DNA of 64,000 bases from Flavobacteriales bacterium. GTDB taxonomy: Bacteria; Bacteroidota; Bacteroidia; Flavobacteriales; Flavobacteriaceae. Position numbers and translations under genes: made by a program. Shown piece after piece: positions 60,916 through 64,000 of this stretch. Under the pieces are notes generated by a model. It had not been told where the DNA came from and did no database searches. It saw only the letters and a program-made list of their open reading frames with translations. The first letter of the stretch is position 1; each line of letters begins with the position of its first letter. The DNA lies in NCBI GenBank assembly GCA_038259825.1, contig JBBSOK010000001.1:3125-67124 (forward strand), read 5' to 3'.

Positions 60916-61275
60916 CTATTTAGGTAAAAGCTGTTCAATCTTTGCTATCAAATCGGCCATATCAAAGGGTTTGGAGATAAAATCTGAAGCTCCTGCCTTC
61001 ATGCAGTTTTCTCGTGCGTTGCTAAGTGCAGACATCATTAGTACAGGGGTTTTGGAGGTAGCGGCTGTTTTTCTGATTTTGGCACAAACGTCCGTGCCGT
61101 CCACCCCGTAGATAAGTTTGTCCAGCAACACAAGTTTTATGTCATGTTCAATTATATCTTCATTGGTGTGCAGGGGTTTTCTAGACAGCATAACATCGTA
61201 GCCGCTAAACCCAAGCATTTCTTCGATCATGATTCCCAAATTGTGATCATCTTCTACTATTAGTATCTTGTTCAT
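60916..61275 (-). CDS. Single-domain response regulator (receiver only)
   Basis: It is 119 aa with ILIVEDD, the phospho-acceptor in VLLDKL, and MMSA and KPF motifs. Confidence 0.8.
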   Translation of the reverse strand: MNKILIVEDDHNLGIMIEEMLGFSGYDVMLSRKPLHTNEDIIEHDIKLVLLDKLIYGVDGTDVCAKIRKTAATSKTPVLMMSALSNARENCMKAGASDFISKPFDMADLIAKIEQLLPK

Positions 61276-61304
61276 TGGGTAGGTTGTTTAGTATTGTTTT
61301 ATTT

Positions 61305-61670
61305 TTAGTCGGTTTGGTTGAAGACCTTTTCAATCTTGTTAAAAAAGTCATTCATATCAAACGGTTTTGTTATGAAATCATGGGCTCCAGCCTGTATGCA
61401 TTCTGCTTTTGCCTCCTCCAGCGCAGACATCATAATAACGGGAACGTGTGCCGTGGAGCTGTTGGTTTTTATTTTGTTGCATATTAGCAAACCGTCCAAA
61501 CCGCCCAGAAACTTATCCAAGAGCACCAAGTCTATCCTATTTTCCTGGATATTATTATCTATTTCGCCCGGGTGTTGTTGCACCCAAACTTTATATCCCT
61601 TAGAAGTAAACATATATTTTAACATTTCCCCAATTATGCGGTCATCTTCAACTATTAATATGTTCTTCAT
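61305..61670 (-). CDS. Single-domain response regulator (receiver only)
   Basis: It is a 121-aa paralogue of the downstream receiver (ILIVEDD, VLLDKF, MMSA, KPF). It overlaps the kinase gene stop by 4 nt. Confidence 0.8.
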   Translation of the reverse strand: MKNILIVEDDRIIGEMLKYMFTSKGYKVWVQQHPGEIDNNIQENRIDLVLLDKFLGGLDGLLICNKIKTNSSTAHVPVIMMSALEEAKAECIQAGAHDFITKPFDMNDFFNKIEKVFNQTD

Positions 61671-64000
61671 ACATCCTTTATTTTATCGCTTCCAGAAATA
61701 ATGGGAAGGGTAAAAATAAATTCAGATCCTTTTCCTTTTTTGCTCTTTAGGTCAACGCGCCCATTGTGACGCTCTATAATTTCTTTGGCCAAATAGAGGC
61801 CAATCCCAAACCCGGTAAAGTTGGTTTCGTCTTTTCCACTTACACGGTAAAACCTTTCAAAGAGGTGTTCGTGATCCTTTTTGTCGATCCCGATTCCTTT
61901 GTCTTTTACGCTTACGGCCCCATTTTCTTCATCTACTTTGTAAACACGAACCATAATATTTTTATCATCTGGGGAATACTTGATGGCATTAGTAATGAAG
62001 TTGATAAGGACTTGGTTGATCCTGTCCTTGTCGCCATATACACTGAATGTATCATCATGGGTTATCTTTATTTTGTAATCGGCGTTGGTATATTTTATGT
62101 CCTGAACATTGCTTTCCACGAATTGGTTTATGCCGAATGTTTCCTTTTGCAATTCCAGTTTGCTCTCCTCCACACGCGAAAGATCCAGCATTTCTGAAAT
62201 TAGTCGGGTAAGTCGCGATACTTGGTTGTCTATGCGCTCCAGGCTAGGGATCATTGGAATGGCGCCCAAGGTTTCCTGCGTCCCACTTTCCAACATGCTC
62301 AACAACAATTGGGTATATCCTTTAATGGACGTAACCGGAGTCTTGAGCTCATGGCTTACCATTTTAAGGAAATCCTCCTTATTTTTTTCCTCATCCTTTA
62401 ATTTCTGTATTTGGGTACTGGCACCTACCCACATATTTATTTTTCCGGTTTCATCCTTCACGGGAACGGCGCGGTTAATATGCCATTTAAAATCGCCATT
62501 TTTGTCAAGAATTCTAAATTCCATATCAAAATCGTTCCCAGTTTTCACTGCTCTCATCCAGTTTTCTTCAATTGTGGGCAACTCCTCTGGGTGCATTAAT
62601 TTCCCCCAGCCTTCTTTTTTTATTTTTTTTAGATTCCATCCCGAAAAATCGGTCCAGACTTTGTTGAAAAAAAATACTTCCCCATCTGCAGTTGCATTGA
62701 TTATCATGTCTGGCACCAAGTCGGTCATTTGGTGGTAACGGGCTTCACTTTCCCTTATTTCTTTATTCAATTCTGCCTCTGCCGTGACCACGTTGAGGAT
62801 TATCGCCACACCCACAATATTTCCTTGAACATCCCTTTGGGGCTGATACACAAAATTATAATAGGAGAGTTCCTTTTTTCCGTGCCGCACTAAGGTTATG
62901 GGCACTTCATGTGCGCTATAGGGTTTCCCGGTTTTATAGACATCACGTAAAAGGTCGCCAAATCCTTGTTCTTCCAGTTCTGGTACAGAATCTAGGTATG
63001 GTTTACCGATAATCCCCTTCCCTTTTCCCAGTTGATTTAACAGGGCATCGTTTGCCACCGTAAGTATAAAATCTTCACCCTCGAGGATAGCAATAAGGGA
63101 GGGGGAAGAGTTGATCATTTCTTTGTACCTGTGCTCGCTTTCTTCTACTTTTTTACGGGCAATTACCTGGTCGGTTACTTCGTTGACGATCACCATGATC
63201 CCGGTAATAATGCTGTCTTGATCGTACATGAGTTGGCACATAAAATTATAATACCCCGGTTCGGACTTTTTGCCCCTGCCCATTTTCACTTCCATTTCGT
63301 TTGCGTAAAAAGGTTCCCCGCTTTTTAGTGCTTTGTACAGAAGTTTATTAATGCCTTGTTCTTTAAGTTCTGGCAACGATTCAAAAATGGGCTTACCCAC
63401 AAAGTTTTTCCCTTTTTCAACCAACTGCAAGAAAAGATCGTTGGCCAGTTCTACTTTATAATTTTTACCTTTTAAAAACATGATGGCCACGGGGGCCTGC
63501 ATTACCAAGTTTTTAAATTTCTCTAAAAGTTCTTGTTTTCTTTTCCAATGAAGCTTTTGTACCGTAATATCCTTAATTGCCAAGAGGATCAAATTCTTAG
63601 ATCGGTCCTCGCGTTTAATCTCCGTGGCATTTAAACACATGCTGCGTTCCCCAATGTGTTCAAAAGTATGGACTACCTCAAAATCTTCAAAGCTATTTTT
63701 TTTGGGCAGAATGGTTTCAAGCTGCCTCCGTAATTCGGGGATGTCCCATTGCTTGTTGCCCAATTCATAAATCAACTTGCCTTCAGTTTCCTTCTCTTTA
63801 GTATGGAAGGTTTTATAATAAGAATTGTTAGCGGCGCTTACTTTGAGGTTCTTGTCTAAAACCAACAAGGGTTCATGGATGGTTTCCACAATGCTTTCGG
63901 CATAATTGCGCTCTTCGGTTACCAGCTCGTTTAAGTTGATGAGCTCGTGGTTTATTACTGTTATTTCTTCATTAGTGCTTTGCAGTTCCTCCTTACTGGT
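61667..64000 (-). CDS. Multi-PAS sensor histidine kinase, N-terminus outside the window (probably a CheB/CheR-fusion type)
   Basis: It has HisKA (MVSHELKTPVTS) and HATPase_c (KDKGIGI, GFGIGLYLAKEI) domains after several PAS repeats. The ORF-track start at 63889 is an internal GTG. The frame stays open to base 64000 and there encodes TSKEELQSTNEEITVINHEL, a linker typical after CheR-like modules. Confidence 0.85.
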   Translation of the reverse strand, partial: TSKEELQSTNEEITVINHELINLNELVTEERNYAESIVETIHEPLLVLDKNLKVSAANNSYYKTFHTKEKETEGKLIYELGNKQWDIPELRRQLETILPKKNSFEDFEVVHTFEHIGERSMCLNATEIKREDRSKNLILLAIKDITVQKLHWKRKQELLEKFKNLVMQAPVAIMFLKGKNYKVELANDLFLQLVEKGKNFVGKPIFESLPELKEQGINKLLYKALKSGEPFYANEMEVKMGRGKKSEPGYYNFMCQLMYDQDSIITGIMVIVNEVTDQVIARKKVEESEHRYKEMINSSPSLIAILEGEDFILTVANDALLNQLGKGKGIIGKPYLDSVPELEEQGFGDLLRDVYKTGKPYSAHEVPITLVRHGKKELSYYNFVYQPQRDVQGNIVGVAIILNVVTAEAELNKEIRESEARYHQMTDLVPDMIINATADGEVFFFNKVWTDFSGWNLKKIKKEGWGKLMHPEELPTIEENWMRAVKTGNDFDMEFRILDKNGDFKWHINRAVPVKDETGKINMWVGASTQIQKLKDEEKNKEDFLKMVSHELKTPVTSIKGYTQLLLSMLESGTQETLGAIPMIPSLERIDNQVSRLTRLISEMLDLSRVEESKLELQKETFGINQFVESNVQDIKYTNADYKIKITHDDTFSVYGDKDRINQVLINFITNAIKYSPDDKNIMVRVYKVDEENGAVSVKDKGIGIDKKDHEHLFERFYRVSGKDETNFTGFGIGLYLAKEIIERHNGRVDLKSKKGKGSEFIFTLPIISGSDKIKDV

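Noticed and set aside
1-64000. CRISPR arrays, rRNA genes and IS/transposase genes.
   Set aside because: I saw no regularly spaced direct repeats with unique spacers, no rRNA-like conserved segments and no DDE/transposase-like ORFs anywhere in the window.

Overview
The window looks like a Flavobacteriia (Bacteroidota) chromosome. The evidence is CTnDOT-type tra genes, a T9SS sorting domain, a GSCFA protein and lipoproteins with SC(S/N)xDDD lipoboxes. Bases 1 to about 31346 are the right-hand part of an integrative conjugative element (ICE) whose left end lies outside the window. From left to right the ICE carries: a small defence cluster (GmrSD-like nuclease fragment, PIN-like protein, a large N6-adenine methyltransferase and a small putative PD-(D/E)xK nuclease); a minus-strand type IV secretion operon (traE-F-G-I-J-K-M-N); a cell-wall amidase; a complete four-gene Wadjet (jetABCD) operon; a divergently transcribed two-gene operon; a DnaC-like ATPase with a winged-helix partner; an excisionase-like HTH protein; rteC; a membrane LuxR regulator; an asparaginase-like protein; and a tyrosine integrase next to a tRNA-Met(CAU) 3-prime remnant (putative attR). 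The two-gene operon at 20289-25098 is the most interesting item. It encodes a protein with a nitrilase-superfamily Glu-Lys-Cys signature, translationally coupled to a 1020-aa Rad50/SMC-like ATPase with a CxxC zinc hook. I consider it a candidate undescribed or poorly described defence system with Lamassu/ABC-3C-like logic. From about 31.4 kb to 64 kb the window is ordinary core chromosome: nhaP-like antiporter, era, M1 peptidase, T9SS cargo, alaS, M23 peptidase, MerR, LemA/TPM cluster, der, two-component systems, M28 peptidase, amidase, metK with a possible SAM-clan leader, and a CheB/CheR-type PAS histidine kinase that runs off the right edge. No rRNA, CRISPR array or IS transposase was seen. 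All calls come from reading motifs by eye; no database search or numeric composition analysis was run.
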